A stretch of 63,756 nucleotides of DNA, filler included, from Reclinomonas americana ATCC 50394 (taxonomy: Eukaryota): assembly GCA_048213135.1 (NCBI GenBank). It is 4 parts of 3 records of this genome, joined end to end, with 100 filler letters (N's around TTAATTAATTAA, not from the genome) between each part and the next. Parts side by side here need not be neighbours in the genome. Positions count along the whole stretch, not along the records: positions 1 to 28,911 come from PS015115.1; 3 more parts are not named here. The stretch is one strand, 5' to 3'. Each line of letters begins with the position of its first letter. Position 1 is the stretch's first letter. The position numbers were made by a program, and so were the translations under genes. Below are positions 1 through 12,755 of this stretch, in pieces. Below the pieces are notes generated by a model, which was not told the origin of the DNA, searched no databases, and saw nothing but the letters and a program-made list of their open reading frames with translations.

Positions 1-94
1 TTCGTTCGGTACGGTAGGTAGGTACGTACGTACGTACCGTACCGTAACCGTAACCGTAACCGTACCGTACCGTACGTACGTACTATTCTTACTT

Positions 95-184
<90 letters not shown>

Positions 185-441
185 CTCGCTCTCTGACTCT
201 CACTCTCTGCCTTTGTCACAGACGAGAATCTCTCTTTTTCCCTCCCCCTCCGTCCCCTTCCCTCCCTTCTTCCCCTTCCATCACCCCTTCTCATTATCTT
301 GTTCCTTTCCGTTCTCCCTCCAACCCTCCAACCCTCCCTCCCTCCCTTCCCCTTCCTTCTCCCCTTACTTCTCCCCTTCCTTCTCCCCCTCCATCTCCCT
401 TCCTCCCTCTCACTCACTCTACCTCCCTTTACCACCTTCAG

Positions 442-3400
442 GGCTTCAACGCATTCTATCCTCCCGTCGCCGGCGAGGCCACCGCCAAGTTTTACATCAA
501 GGTACGACGCATGCAAGTTTTGGGCGCGTTGCTGACACTTCTGTAGCTGACTGAATCCGCTGGCAGCTCTTCCAAATCGCGCTCTTTGAAAAGAACTGGA
601 CAAAAGAGGCAAAGCCTGTCAAGTACGGTGGCGCCACTTGTGCCCTTGGCAAGGAGCATTCACCGGATGTTGCGTTGATGTGCAGGGTCGCCGATGCAGC
701 GCCCAGCCGCTCACTATATTATATTCTGTGCAGGACATTATTGCCTCGGAGAAGGTGGCCAAGCAATTCGAGTTGCGCATCCCATTATGGTGTGAGGGTG
801 AAAATTGAGTTGCTAACTCGCGGCTGCTGTGACACACAGATTCACCATGCGTTTTTGCTACTGTTCAGTGCCGATTTCCAAGTCAATCTCTTTTATTCTT
901 TCTCCGTCGTCGCTCACAATCTGTTGTGTACCTGCAGTGGGCATCTTTTGTGTAAGTGGAACGGTTGGCATTGCGGGTGAGTGTTATACGTGACGGCTTG
1001 TTGTGTTCTATCGCCTGTCTCACATGTGTACGCTGCAGGATCTCTCACGGGCGCCGTCCTGTTGGCTCCATTTGAGTGCTCAAAGCCAGCGGTATGTGGG
1101 ACTCATTTCCACCCTTTTTCGTCCATTGGCGCACGCAGTCTCATCTCTGTCGATGCTCGCAGCTGACGGTGGGAGGCATGGTCACACCCAAGATGGTGGT
1201 GTTTGGCAAGATTGGAGTTGGACTGCCTAGTTTCGTGACACGAACTCCGTTGTTGTTTGTTGGTGTTTGTTAGCCGCTCACTCTTCATTTCAGTCATCAT
1301 GGGCGGAGTCGGCATTGCGGTGAGTTAGACGCGCCAGTTTGCATCGCCGGTGCACTTGACTCATAGCGTGTCGTTCTGCAACACACACAGGTCGAACTTA
1401 TCTCTGTTGACATTCCGGCCATTGTGCGCCCGCGCATCGACGATCATTATTGCATTCGGGTGCGCAGCGCACCGCCTTGCTCTGTTGTCGTAAATTTTCT
1501 TCTCACCGACACGCAACATTGGCGCAGGTGGACCTCATCATGCGCAAGTGCGTTACCGCGCTTCACCGACATGCCCCCCCCCCCCCCCATTTCATCTCAC
1601 ATTTCCATCTTTTCTCACTTGAACAGCGGTGACGGTCGCGTATTCTTGTGGTGGCGTGCATTTTGGGCGACGAGTGGACCATCGTACGCCATTCTCGGCT
1701 TTGCCGAGGACATGTCATTGGTGTCTGTCGAGCCGTCCAAGATTCACGTGCAGTTGCCGTCGACGCCGTACGCGCTCCCATCTATGCACGCTTTTGTTAC
1801 GGCTGCCTCGGCTCCGCTTCTTGCGCTCTCTTCATCGTCGTCGTCGTCGGCATCCCCCTCCTCTGCCCTCGTTCCGTGGGGCGATGCGAGCGGCCTGGTG
1901 TCGATGCTGGAGAGGGCGCGCGAGTTTGACGAGTTGACGTCGTTTGAGGGCACGGCGCTGGTGCAGGCGCAGTGGGGTGTATTCAAGGCGATTGGTAATG
2001 CGGTGAAGGGGGCGGTGAAGGGTGAGTGGGGGGACAAGGGGGAAGGGTGGAGGGACGGGAAGGGAAGGAGGAGGGGAAAGGGGAGGGGAAGGGAAGGAAG
2101 AGGGGAAAGGGGAGAGGAATGGATTGGAAAAGAGGGAGGAAGGGGGAAGGGGAGGGAAAGGGGATGAGTCGAGACGATGGGGCAGGGAGGGGAGAAGTGA
2201 ATGAGGTGGTAGTAGTGAGAGAGAGAGAGGGAGAGAGAGAGTGGAGAGGGAGGGAGAGGACGGAAAGGGAATCGGATTCAGAAGGAGAGAAGTGGAGANN
2301 NNNNNNNNNNNNNNNNNNNNNNNNNNNNNNNNNNNNNNNNNNNNNNNNNNNNNNNNNNNNNNNNNNNNNNNNNNNNNNNNNNNNNNNNNNNNNNNNNNNN
2401 NNNNNNNNNNNNNNNNNNNNNNNNNNNNNNNNNNNNNNNNNNNNNNNNNNNNNNNNNNNNNNNNNNNNNNNNNNNNNNNNNNNNNNNNNNNNNNNNNNNN
2501 NNNNNNNNNNNNNNNNNNNNNNNNNNNNNNNNNNNNNNNNNNNNNNNNNNNNNNNNNNNNNNNNNNNNNNNNNNNNNNNNNNNNNNNNNNNNNNNNNNNN
2601 NNNNNNNNNNNNNNNNNNNNNNNNNNNNNNNNNNNNNNNNNNNNNNNNNNNNNNNNNNNNNNNNNNNNNNNNNNNNNNNNNNNNNNNNNNNNNNNNNNNN
2701 NNNNNNNNNNNNNNNNNNNNNNNNNNNNNNNNNNNNNNNNNNNNNNNGTGGGGAAAGGAAGAGGAGCACGGGAAGAGTATATTCATTGATAAAGAGAGAA
2801 AGGAAGAAGATTAGAGATTGGAGACAAAGGAGGGAATGTAGAAGAAAGAAACTGATTGCAGGCAAGAATAGCGGAGAGTACGGGGAAATGCGCACGGTGG
2901 CGAGAGGAGGATAATGGAGAGAAGAAGAAAAAAGAAGAAGAAGAAGAAGAAGAGATTGCAGGGAAGGGGACGTTACGCGTGCGTGATTGAAGAGCATATT
3001 AGTGAGACGAGGCGAAAGAGCGGTGATCTATAGTGCACTAAAGAAGACATATTGATGCTGCGAGTGTCTTTTGTACGATGCTCATCGATCCTTGTCATCC
3101 CACAGCTGTGGGAGGCTTCGTGAAGGCCGCGGTGGCGGTCGTTGGTAAGATATTTTCCGCAATCACCTCATTCATCATGAAAGCACTATCAGCAGTTGCG
3201 TGGCCACTGGAGGCAAGGCTTCTCGCACATTCGCAGTGCTGATATTTGCAACACAGGTGTGGAGTGTGCTCGGAAAGATTCTCGATGCCCTGCTCAAGGG
3301 CTGGGGCGAGGTGAGCATAGTGCGGTGGGCTTCGTCGGCTGTGCTTTACCTCATTCCTGTTTGTCGCAGTACACAATGTTCACGTGGAAGGGCATAAAGA

Positions 3401-3533
3401 ACAAGTTTCGTGAGCCAAGTCTCCGGCACGCCACTGCAAGGTGAACATTTTGTTGAAGTGCATGTGGTTGTGTCAATGCAGGTGGAACTTGTTCAAGAAA
3501 GAGGGATTCCCGGGCGACTGCGCCGAGCAGTAA
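442..3533 (+). CDS. C-terminal part of an LLTP/vitellogenin-like secreted protein, paralog 1 (5'-truncated, about 15 exons)
   Basis: Spliced exons read GFNAFYPPVAGEATAKFYIK|LFQIALFEKNWTKEAKPVKYGGATCALGKEHSPD|...|VRPRIDDHYCIR|...DGRVFLWWRAFW...|WNLFKKEGFPGDCAEQ* (TAA 3531-3533). They are collinear exon by exon with 9674-12402. The family label is borrowed from paralog 2. Confidence 0.85.
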
Positions 3534-4034
3534 ACATAATGTTTAATATTTTGTGACGAGCTTTGAGAGACGAGTGTTGTCTGTCGAGATGATGCTGCCG
3601 TGATTGCAGCTGCTCAAGTGCTCGGTCGTATATGGAGTTATTGTCAATCATCATTCCAGCACCAGATAGAGTGATCAATATCTTTTTGTCTTCTCGGTTG
3701 GTGGCGCGAGTGTCGTTTCCTTCGCGTACGGCACAACGGCCGCTGCCATTAGCCCAGTTCCTCGATGGCACCCTCGACCTCTGTGTTGTCTGCTGCCAAG
3801 TTTGTGGTGGCCGTCCGCATCAACGCTGCTGCTACTGTTGCTGCCACCCGTCTTCTGGTACCGGTGGTCACTGCTGACGAAGTCTTCTTCCTGGCCTGGG
3901 CGGCTGTGTGTCCTGAATAGGGCTTTATTCTCAACATCGGCAACACACTTTAAACAGTTTTAGTTGTAGAAGGAAAGCACACGAGACTTGTTGGCGATCA
4001 CTGGTAGATGCTCATTGTTGTGTATGTCCCAGTG

Positions 4035-4194
4035 ACAACAACAAAACACTTCACTCACCACATTCCAATAATGCGACAAATGTCCACAAATCCCTTGCCG
4101 ACGATGACCATTGGCACACCAACAATATACAACACATAGATAAAGCTTCTCCAACAGTCATCTTCCCTTTCAGGAGACAAAGCCAATCAAACGC
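4035..4194 (-). repeat. Dispersed intergenic element, copy 1
   Basis: The reverse complement reads TTTGATTGGCTTTGTCTCCTGAAAGGGAAGATGACTGTT...ATGGTCATCGTCGGCAAGGGATTTGTGGACATTTGTCGCATT, matching 30928-31075 and 12487-12560. Confidence 0.85.
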
Positions 4195-4633
4195 GTGTTG
4201 TGAAGTTCGTGAGTTGCTGTTTAGTATACTTAGGTTTCTGGAAGAGAAGAATTCGCTGCGCATGCGTACGGAGCAGTCACAACCGTAATCCGATTGTATC
4301 TATCCGTTAACGTACGCGTTCTTCTCTTGTTTGCATTCACTGGAAAGAGTGATTGCAAATGAAAATGTTGTGACTGCTGTTCCTCTAGATCTGGATCCGG
4401 AAGAAATATTACTACATAATTATAATGAGATCCGAACAATTGCAAAGAGACTTGCATGACTGGTCTTGGAGAACAATCGCAAATGACGATGTATGTTCTC
4501 TGACACTTCCTCTCTCCGCCTTCTTTCTTTCCACACACCTCCACTTCTCTCCTCACATCCATGAAAGAAAGTGACAATCTGCGCGCGAGCAAGTCGGATA
4601 TCTCTGCCACATTTGTCCCTGCTTGCACACATT

Positions 4634-7600
4634 ATGCGACGGAGAAGGCACTCCCTGTCTCGGTGTTCCTCACGAGCGACACTGATTGTGTGTGCACTGC
4701 TTGTGTTGTTGCCACTGGTGCTGGCACAAGTTGACTTTGCGGGGGAGCCAGAGTTGGAGGAGGTGTGTGTGTGTGTGAGAGAGAGGCAAAGGAGAAAGTG
4801 TTTTGTTTGAGTGTGCGTGTGTGACTTCTTTGTTGGTGTGTGTGGGATGCGTGTACGTGTGTGTGTTGGCGCTCGCATGCTGGCACTCTGACATTGTTGT
4901 ACACATTGACACATTGAAACTTCTCTTGCTTACTCTCACGCTCTCACGCTCTCACACATACACACATCCATGCAGTGATTCGCTCGCTCCCTCCCTCATT
5001 CCCTCACTCCCTCACTCCCTCACGCCTCACGCCCTCACTCACTCACTCATTTCCTTCACTCCCTCACTCCTTGCCTCCCTCACTCCCTCACTCCCTCACT
5101 CCCTCACTCCCTCACTCCCTCACCCCTCACCCCTCACTCCCTCCCCCACACATACACACACACAGAAGCACACTCTCAGCCGTTCACGGTCACTCTCCAT
5201 AATTTCCGTTCCTCCGTTCCTCTTCTCCCTCTCACTCTGCCTCACTCTGCACACTGCCCTCTGTCCTCTCCCTCTCCCTCTCCGTCCCTTTCCCCCTCTT
5301 CCCTCCGCCTGTCCCTCTCACCACCTTCTCCTTTACCCTCTCCCTCCCTCTCTCCCTTCCTCACCACTACAGCCCTGGCAACGAACCAGCAACTACCCCG
5401 TGCGAACCTCCCGCGCACTGTTGTGCCAACCCGGCTTCCGCTGTGTGGTTTGTCGGCCGCCCTCTCCCTTTTCTCTCTTCTCTCCTCCCTCTCTTCTCAA
5501 CCCCGTTTCCCCTCCCCACAGTACCGCGGTCAGCTGACCACCAGCGACCGCCCCGTAAATCACTCGGAGAAAAAGGAGAAGGCTGGCGATCCGTGCCTGC
5601 AGCAGCGTGTCGTCAACGCGGTGTGGACTGTCACGCATGAGCCGACTGGGGTGCGTGCTCTCTCGTGTGTTATTCCACTACCCTTGCGCCTCTCTCACTT
5701 CTTCCTCCCCAGTCCCGCTCTCACGTGCCTCCCGACGCCGACCTGTTCGCCATTCGCTTCATCCAAGCCTGGCAATTCGACAAGTGCAAGCTGTCGCCCG
5801 ATGTCAGCAAGCTGGTGACGGCGCAGTTGACGCAGTTCACGACGCACGTCATCCAGACGCATGTGAGTGTCGCCGACTGAATGGGGGATTTTCACCATCT
5901 CTCTCACCCCTCTCTCCCACGGCAGAGCGGCAAAGTCCTGCAAGTGTACGAACACATTCGCGAGTCGAGCAATGCCGCCACCATCAAGCGTTTGTTCATG
6001 AAGGCTCTCAACTCCAAAGTGCCCAAGGCAGACTCCACCGCGCCGCCGCCCGCTGGAGAGGCGCTGGTGTTCTTCGATGAGCACACGCACTCGGGACCGA
6101 TCATGGGAACGTTGCGTGACACGCGCACTTTCAATGGCGGTTCGTTTTGCCGACTCACCCGTGTCGCAGGTCCACCATCTTGCATACAACTCCCAACTCC
6201 ATTCTCTTTGAGGAGGCCATGGTTGCCGTGGAGAGCACTGCCACGGTGCAGTTGTCGCCGAGCGAGTGGGCATCGCGGCGACGTGCGAATCTCGTGGGCT
6301 TCATTCCGATCAAGCAGCGTCCGCGACTGCCCGACGTGAAGACCAAGATGCCCAACACGACATTCAGCACGAAAGTGCAGGCCACGTCGCAGGTCTTTGG
6401 TGTGGTGTTGACGATGGATGTGATGGGCTTCTCACTTTTTGTTGGTGTTAGGCTCGTGCCAAGACCCTGGTGAAGAACGGCATCACCACCGCCTCGCAGC
6501 ACAATGTCGGGGTGGAGTTCGGCGACTCGAATGCGGAAGGCACCGTGGGCAAGAAGCACGTGCCGCCGGTGAAGAAGGGCTCCCCGGCGCACAGTTTCGT
6601 CGCTGCTTATAAAAGAAGGTTGGCGCCTGCGACTGATGAATGTTCGCAGGTGGCAAGGAGGACAAGAATGTGGCGGATGGCATGACTGGTGATCAGGTTT
6701 GTGCGAGACTGTGACAAGAGGGGAGAGGTGGACGAGAATGAGTGAGAAGCACGGAGATTGATGATATTCTGAGTGAGCTGTGTGATGAGTTTCTGCTCCT
6801 CTTGCACTGTTCTTCACCGGAGAAAGCAAACATCGACATGCTGAGATGACGAGCCGATCAGAGAAGGGTTGGGAGAAGACCATGGTGCGAGATGATTCGC
6901 TCCTGCTTTTTGCTCTGGAGAATGAGCGAGACATCTCCTCCCTCCTGTTCTCTTCTCTCTCCCTTCCTCTCATCCCCTTTCCCTTTTCCCCCATTTTTAC
7001 CATTGCTTTCTTCTCCCTTTCCCTCACCTCCCCTTCCCTCACCTACCCCTTCCCTCACCTCGCCTTCCCCCTTCTCCCCCATCCACAGCCCAGCGGCATG
7101 TCATCCAAAAACGGCACCGTGGTCAAAGTCGCGCTCGTCACCAGCGTCCGTGTCCAACCTCGCACCGCGCCACCTACCGACTCCGCCGCAGCGGGCATGA
7201 TGTTTACAGAGGTGCCGACGGAGGAGCCACTGGCCTTTGTGAAGCACCCGGAGCACTATCGTGTGGATGTTGCGTTTGTTGAATCTCTGTCTTGTCTTCT
7301 GGCGCCGACACTCACCACTTGAATGACACAGAATTCTTTCTACGGCACCTTTTTCACTCCGCGCCAATCGCTGCAAATGAGCTTTCCCACGCACACTTTC
7401 GACACGGGCGAGAAGCTGATTCGCGGGTGAGTGATGTGTGTGCTTTTCCGGAAGACCCTAAGAGTGACTAAATTCTCCATTTTCTTCTGCAGTGCCTGCT
7501 CCGGTGCCGTGGAGCCAATGCTGCTGCAGCGAGAGCTCTCCAAGAGCACCATCAACGAGGAATTTGTGCATCACATGATGGCAGTCGTGCAGCAAGTGAT

Positions 7601-10600
7601 GGCCGATTGCCAGCCTTCTGCGTTGCAAGTGGTGCGGCGCGCAATCGATGCCATCCTTTCTCATTGCGTTTGCTGACGCCTCTCTGTCTGTCTGTCTCTC
7701 TGTCTCTCTGTCTCCCTCTCCCTCTCCCCCCTCTCTCTGTCTCTCTCTCAATCTCTCTCTCCCTCCCCCTCTCTTCCTTTTCGCAGATCCTGGCCTCTCT
7801 CAACACGTACAACATGCCAGCAACACAGCACTTCTTGCTGTCGCTGGCCGAATCGCATTCCGTGGACCATCCGACGCGCAACAGTGCACTCATTGGATTG
7901 GTGCACCCGCGAAACGGATACACTGACGGTCAGCTTGATTTGCACACTCACGACACGGTGACGCGACTTCACCAGTTGTGGAACGAGGACAGCGATGGGC
8001 AGGTGGGCGAAGACGGAAGGGACACGAGTCAACTCGCATGTCTTGCTCACTCTTTTGTTGTACCGCGCAGGCACTCCTGGTCCTCGCTGGTGTGCTCGGA
8101 TCGCTGAATGTTGTGCGCCCGGTCGAGGTGGAGGATCCGTACGAGCACATTGTGGCGGCCGTGGAGGAGGAGCTGCTGGAGGTGTTCCAAGCGGATGCTG
8201 ACCGGAGGAGTTTGAACCATGCGACCATGCTTCTACACACGCTCGGCAATGCGCAGTACTCGCGCTCACTACGTCATTTGCGGCATTTCGCCACTCGCCA
8301 CCGTGACCTGTCGGTGGCGCGCCTGGCGGTGGAGACCATGGCCGGCTTCGAGTCAGACGAGGGTACGCAGACGCTGGTGGAGGTGATGCGTGACGTGTAT
8401 GCCAAGCCGCAAGTTCGCTTGGCAGCAGCGGCAGCCCTGTCCAGCAAGTTTCGTTCACTGTTGCGACTTCAGTTAATGTTGGTTGGCTGCTTACCGACCT
8501 TGATTTGCGTGCAGGACTCTCTCGCCACGGCAATCGTCGGTCCTCAATGCATTTGTCGCTGCCAGCGTCTCTACCAGTGCGCGAAGCACGGAAGACAACG
8601 GGGGAGAAGGTACCAGTGCTGACGACACCAGTGATCAGGAGCGTCAGCAGCAAGAGGAGCGCAAGAATCGACCGCAGGAGCAAGAAGAGCAACAAAAGGA
8701 GGAGCAGCCGCAGAAGGAGGAGCCGCCAAAGGAGGAGCCGCAAAAGGAGGAGCCGAAAAAAGAAGAACAGCAGCAAGAGGACGACGACCCGGGCAAGGTC
8801 ACGCATGAGAGGACGTGGGAAAAGGTGCGTGTCGAGGAGATCGCCGGTGGCTGTGAGATCGTCGACTCACTTGCATTTTTTACAGATCTATGAGCAAACT
8901 CCAGGCTTTGGCAATGTTGCGTGTCGGTGGAGGGCGTAGTGATGTCGAAGAGAAAGGGAGACGGGCCGTCAGAAGCGCCTCTCATCTGACAGGGACAGTG
9001 GTTGACAGAAGGGACTCAATCTGAAAGAGATTGTGGTTGACAGAAAAGTCTCAACTATTTCCTCTTTCTCGAAGCGAATTGCTTTGCTGCAAGTATCAGT
9101 GCTCACACAACTCGCTCTCGCAGAGTTTTGTCGGTGGACGATTCGAGGCTGGTGCCGTTGCGTCATTACTTCTCTTTGCCAACATAAAGTTTGCCGCTAT
9201 CCTAATCTCCGCGTTCACATGTCGCAGATATTGCAACTCAAGGCCTAGTTCTGTCGCCGCAATGTTGCTTTTGGTGCTTTTCTCTCGATCCACTCACGTT
9301 TGCTTTGTTGTTCACAGCGAGAAGATGACTCTCGAAGCAAGTGAGTCTGTCTGCATTGTGGTTCACTCGCTCCTCTTCTTGCACTGACATTTGGTGACCA
9401 TTTTTGTGTTGCAGAGGGCGATGCTTATGCAAGGTGCGTGCAGATGCTTCTGTTGTAGGGAATTCATGTGCTTATGTGCACTAATTCGCTGTTCTGCTGG
9501 CAGATGCCCCGTGCACGTCTGGGTGCGTTGCATAGTGGTCATCGCGGTGTGTTGTTTATCACTCCTCACTCTGAATTTCCTGCAGAAACTCAAATTCAAG
9601 ATCTTCGAAGTGGTGAGTGCTCGTGACCGTGCACGTATGTTGGTGGTGTTCATGCTGCTAACTCGACTGAGCAGGGCTTCAATGCGCACTATCCTCCCGT
9701 GCACGGCGAGGCGCAGGCCAAGTTTTTCATCAAGGTTGGCGTGTGTGAGAAGGGGGAAAGACTTGGAGAGAGAGAGAGAGAGGAGACGGAGAGAAAGAAA
9801 GAAAGAGAGAGTGCGTGAGAGAGAGAGAGAGCACACTAAGGAACAGGAGATTTCCCTTGTCGAAGAATAAGAGGGCCTTCGAAAAAGACAGAATACGGAA
9901 CTATATGATTTCGTTCCGCCTCTCTCCCATTTGTTGTCGTACTATCCTCCTGCTTCCCGCGTCCTCACGCTCTTTTCCTAGTTGTTCGGCCTGTCACTCT
10001 TTGACAAGGAGTGGACGAAGGAGGCCAAGCCAATCAAATTCGGTGGTGCCACGTGCGCGCTGGGCAAGGAATACTCTCCCAATGTTGCGTTGTTGTATGC
10101 AGGAAGATGTGAGGTATGTGCTCACCTTTCCTTGTACAGGACGTCATTGCCTCGGAGAAGATCGCCAAGCAATTCGAGTTGCGTTCGAACAGGCGTATGT
10201 GACGGCTGTGGTTGTGCATCTCACAGATTCGTGTGTCACAGGTACACCATGCGCTTCTGCTACCGTTGTGTCAACATTTTCCTGTCTTCTGGTCGCACGG
10301 TGCTGCCACTGACGGTGATTGTGTGTTTTCGCAGTGGGCATCTTTTGTGTCAGCGGCACTGTCGGGTTTGCCGGTGAGTGGCGAATAGGGAGGGCATAGG
10401 AAGAGAGGGAAGTGACAGGGAAAGTTGGGAGGCGAGGAAATGCGTGTAAAGCGAGATGGTGATTGACGTAGAAGATTTTTGGGTGACGAGAGGAAGGGAG
10501 GAGGATGAGTAGAATGGGATGCAGGAAGATGAAATGAGGGGAGGCAGGGTGAGAAAACGAGAAGTGGAGGGACGCAGGTTCACGCGCAGAGCAAGAATGA

Positions 10601-12402
10601 GAGGAAGAAGAAGAGAGAAATAGATGCAGAAGAGGAAAGAGGAAGGGAGAAGAATGAGGAGGAGAGGAAAGGAAGAAGAGAATGAAGAGAAGGGATGTAG
10701 AAGACGATATGTTGGAAGGGGGAGCATGAAGAGAAGGTGATGTGAGAAGAGGAAATGAGGGGAGGCAGAGAGAAAACGAGAAGTGGAAAGAAGGAGGAAG
10801 AAGCACAGAGCAAGAGTGAGAGAGAAAGAAGAGGAGGAGAGGAAGGGAGGAGGAAGACGAGGAGAAGGGGGTGTATGAGGATGAGGAGAGACCAACAATG
10901 CACAGCCGCTGTCGTCGTCACTTGTTCAGCAGTAGAGTGTGTGATGCCCTTGCACTGATTTCCATTGTGTGAACTCGCAGGTTCGCTGACTGGCTCCGTG
11001 TTGCTGGCGCCCTTTGAGTGCTCCAAGCCAGCGGTAAGTAAATTCAGTTCCGTCCATGTCTTCCTTTGCTCGTCTCATATTGCCATGTTGTGCAGATGAC
11101 GGTGGGTGGCATGGTCTCGCCAAAGATTGTCGTGTTTGCCAAGATTGGAGTGGGTCTGCCAAGTTGCGTCGTGTCGCCTTCCCGCTCATCCGTTTTGTGT
11201 CCCCACTGCTTAAACAACCTCTGCACTCTCATGTGAACCCACAGTCATCATGGGTGGCGTCGGCATTGCGGTGCGTCGTTGTGAATCGAGTGATCGCTAA
11301 CTGCCACTCTCTGACCAGTGTGTATGTGCAGGTCGAAATCGTGTCAATTGACATTCCGCTGGTGGTGCGACCGCGCATCGACGATCACTACTGCATTCGG
11401 GTGTGTTGCCGCCGCTGCTGCATTTGTCACTCTGCAACTCTGTACTGACTCGCCTCTCTCTCGCTCAGGCCGATCTCATTATGCGCAAGTGCGTATTCCC
11501 CTTGCATCTCGTCTCTCCCTCCCACTCGCTAACAGTGTCGTGTCAATAATGGCAGTGGTGACGGCAAGGTGTTCCTGTGGTGGCGTGCATTCTGGGCGCG
11601 CGGAGGACCGTCGTATGCCATTCTCGGCTTTGCCGAAGACATGATGGTGTTTATCGGCGACGCGGGACCACTCGGCACCTCCAAGATCAGCCAACTCGCG
11701 CTGCCGTCGCCGCGCCCGCCCCTCCATGCGTTCCTGGCCTCGGCGATTGGCCCAGCCATGTCGTCGTCATCGACGGCAATCGCTGTGGTGACACCAAAAG
11801 TCGGTGGCGTGGTGGCGCAGCTCGAGTCGGCGCGGGACGCCGATGCTGTGGTCCCGTTTGAGGACTCGACGCTCCAGCTGGCCGAGTGGGGCTTCTTCAG
11901 ACGACTGGTCAGGTCGATTGGAAACTTCTTCAAGAAGGTGGCAAATGCCATTGTGAAGGCCGTGAAGGGTGAGTCAGAGTGGGAAAGGAGGGGGGAGAAG
12001 GCACGGCAGGAGGGTGTTCGCTGACGCGCTGCGTACGTAATGCAGCCGTCGTCAACTTCGTCGTGAAGATCGCTGTTGCCATTGGCAAGGCGTTTATCGC
12101 GCTGGGCAAGCTGATTGTCAAGGCCCTTATCGCTGTTGCGTGGGCGCGGAACGGCACTGGTGGAAGTGAGGCGCTTCTCGCTCACTCGTTTCTCGCAGGT
12201 GTGGAAGGTACTCGGCGACATCCTCGATGCGCTGCTCAAGGGCTGGGGCGAGTATACGATGTTCAAGTGGGCCGGTGTGAAGAATAAGTTGCGTGCGCAC
12301 GCAATGGCAGTGACGGGAGGTGGTGCACTCATGTGACTGGTGCGGCGCAGGTGGAACTTGTTTAAGAAGGAGGCGTTCCCGGGTGACTGTGCAGAGGTGT
12401 GA
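4634..12402 (+). CDS. Large secreted protein with a vitellogenin/large-lipid-transfer-protein-like helical domain, paralog 2 (about 35 exons)
   Basis: Signal peptide (LIVCALLVLLPLVLA-Q) from ATG 4634. The region 8071-8447 (LLHTLGNAQYSRSLRHLRHF...ARLAVETMAGF...LVEVMRDVYAKPQVRLAAAAAL) resembles the LLTP alpha-helical repeats. An acidic Q/E/K linker follows, then a beta-rich C-terminal region ending FPGDCAEV* (TGA 12400-12402). The coding call is solid; the family call is by motif recognition only. Confidence 0.75.
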
Positions 12403-12486
12403 GAGAGTGTAATGAAGTAATCGAATTGCAAGCAAAAGGAGAAGGGAGGGAGACGAGGGAGAGGAAGGGATAGGTGGGAGAAACAA

Positions 12487-12560
12487 GCGTTTGATTGGCT
12501 TTGCCTCCTGAAAGGGAAGATGACTGTCGCAGAACAGTAATTGTATGTTTTGTAGTCATG
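12487..12560 (+). repeat. Dispersed intergenic element, copy 2 (partial)
   Basis: GCGTTTGATTGGCTTTGCCTCCTGAAAGGGAAGATGACTGT is nearly identical to the reverse complement of 4155-4194. Confidence 0.85.
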
Positions 12561-12755
12561 CAATGTGATCGTTTGTTTTCAAGGGCCCGACGTCGCAGCA
12601 GTTCTCCCCGCGTCGATTGCGACGTTGAGTGAAGTCGCGATCTACTCTTCTCTTGCTTGTTGTATGACTTTACATCTGCAGTGCTCTCTTGCCAAACATC
12701 GACGTCGCCGGCCGATGTCCTATCGAAAACTGTGCGAAAACTTCTCACATCAACA

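Noticed and set aside
669-870. Non-GT donors (cleavage after G, introns starting TT)
   Set aside because: Paralog comparison at 863/10265 favours standard GT-AG boundaries, which conserve Leu.
9246-9250. Stop-codon reassignment suggested by apparent in-frame stops at exon ends (e.g. GCC TAG at about 9246, AGT TGA at about 22020)
   Set aside because: The stops overlap intron donors and disappear on splicing. TAA, TAG and TGA all terminate genes in this window.
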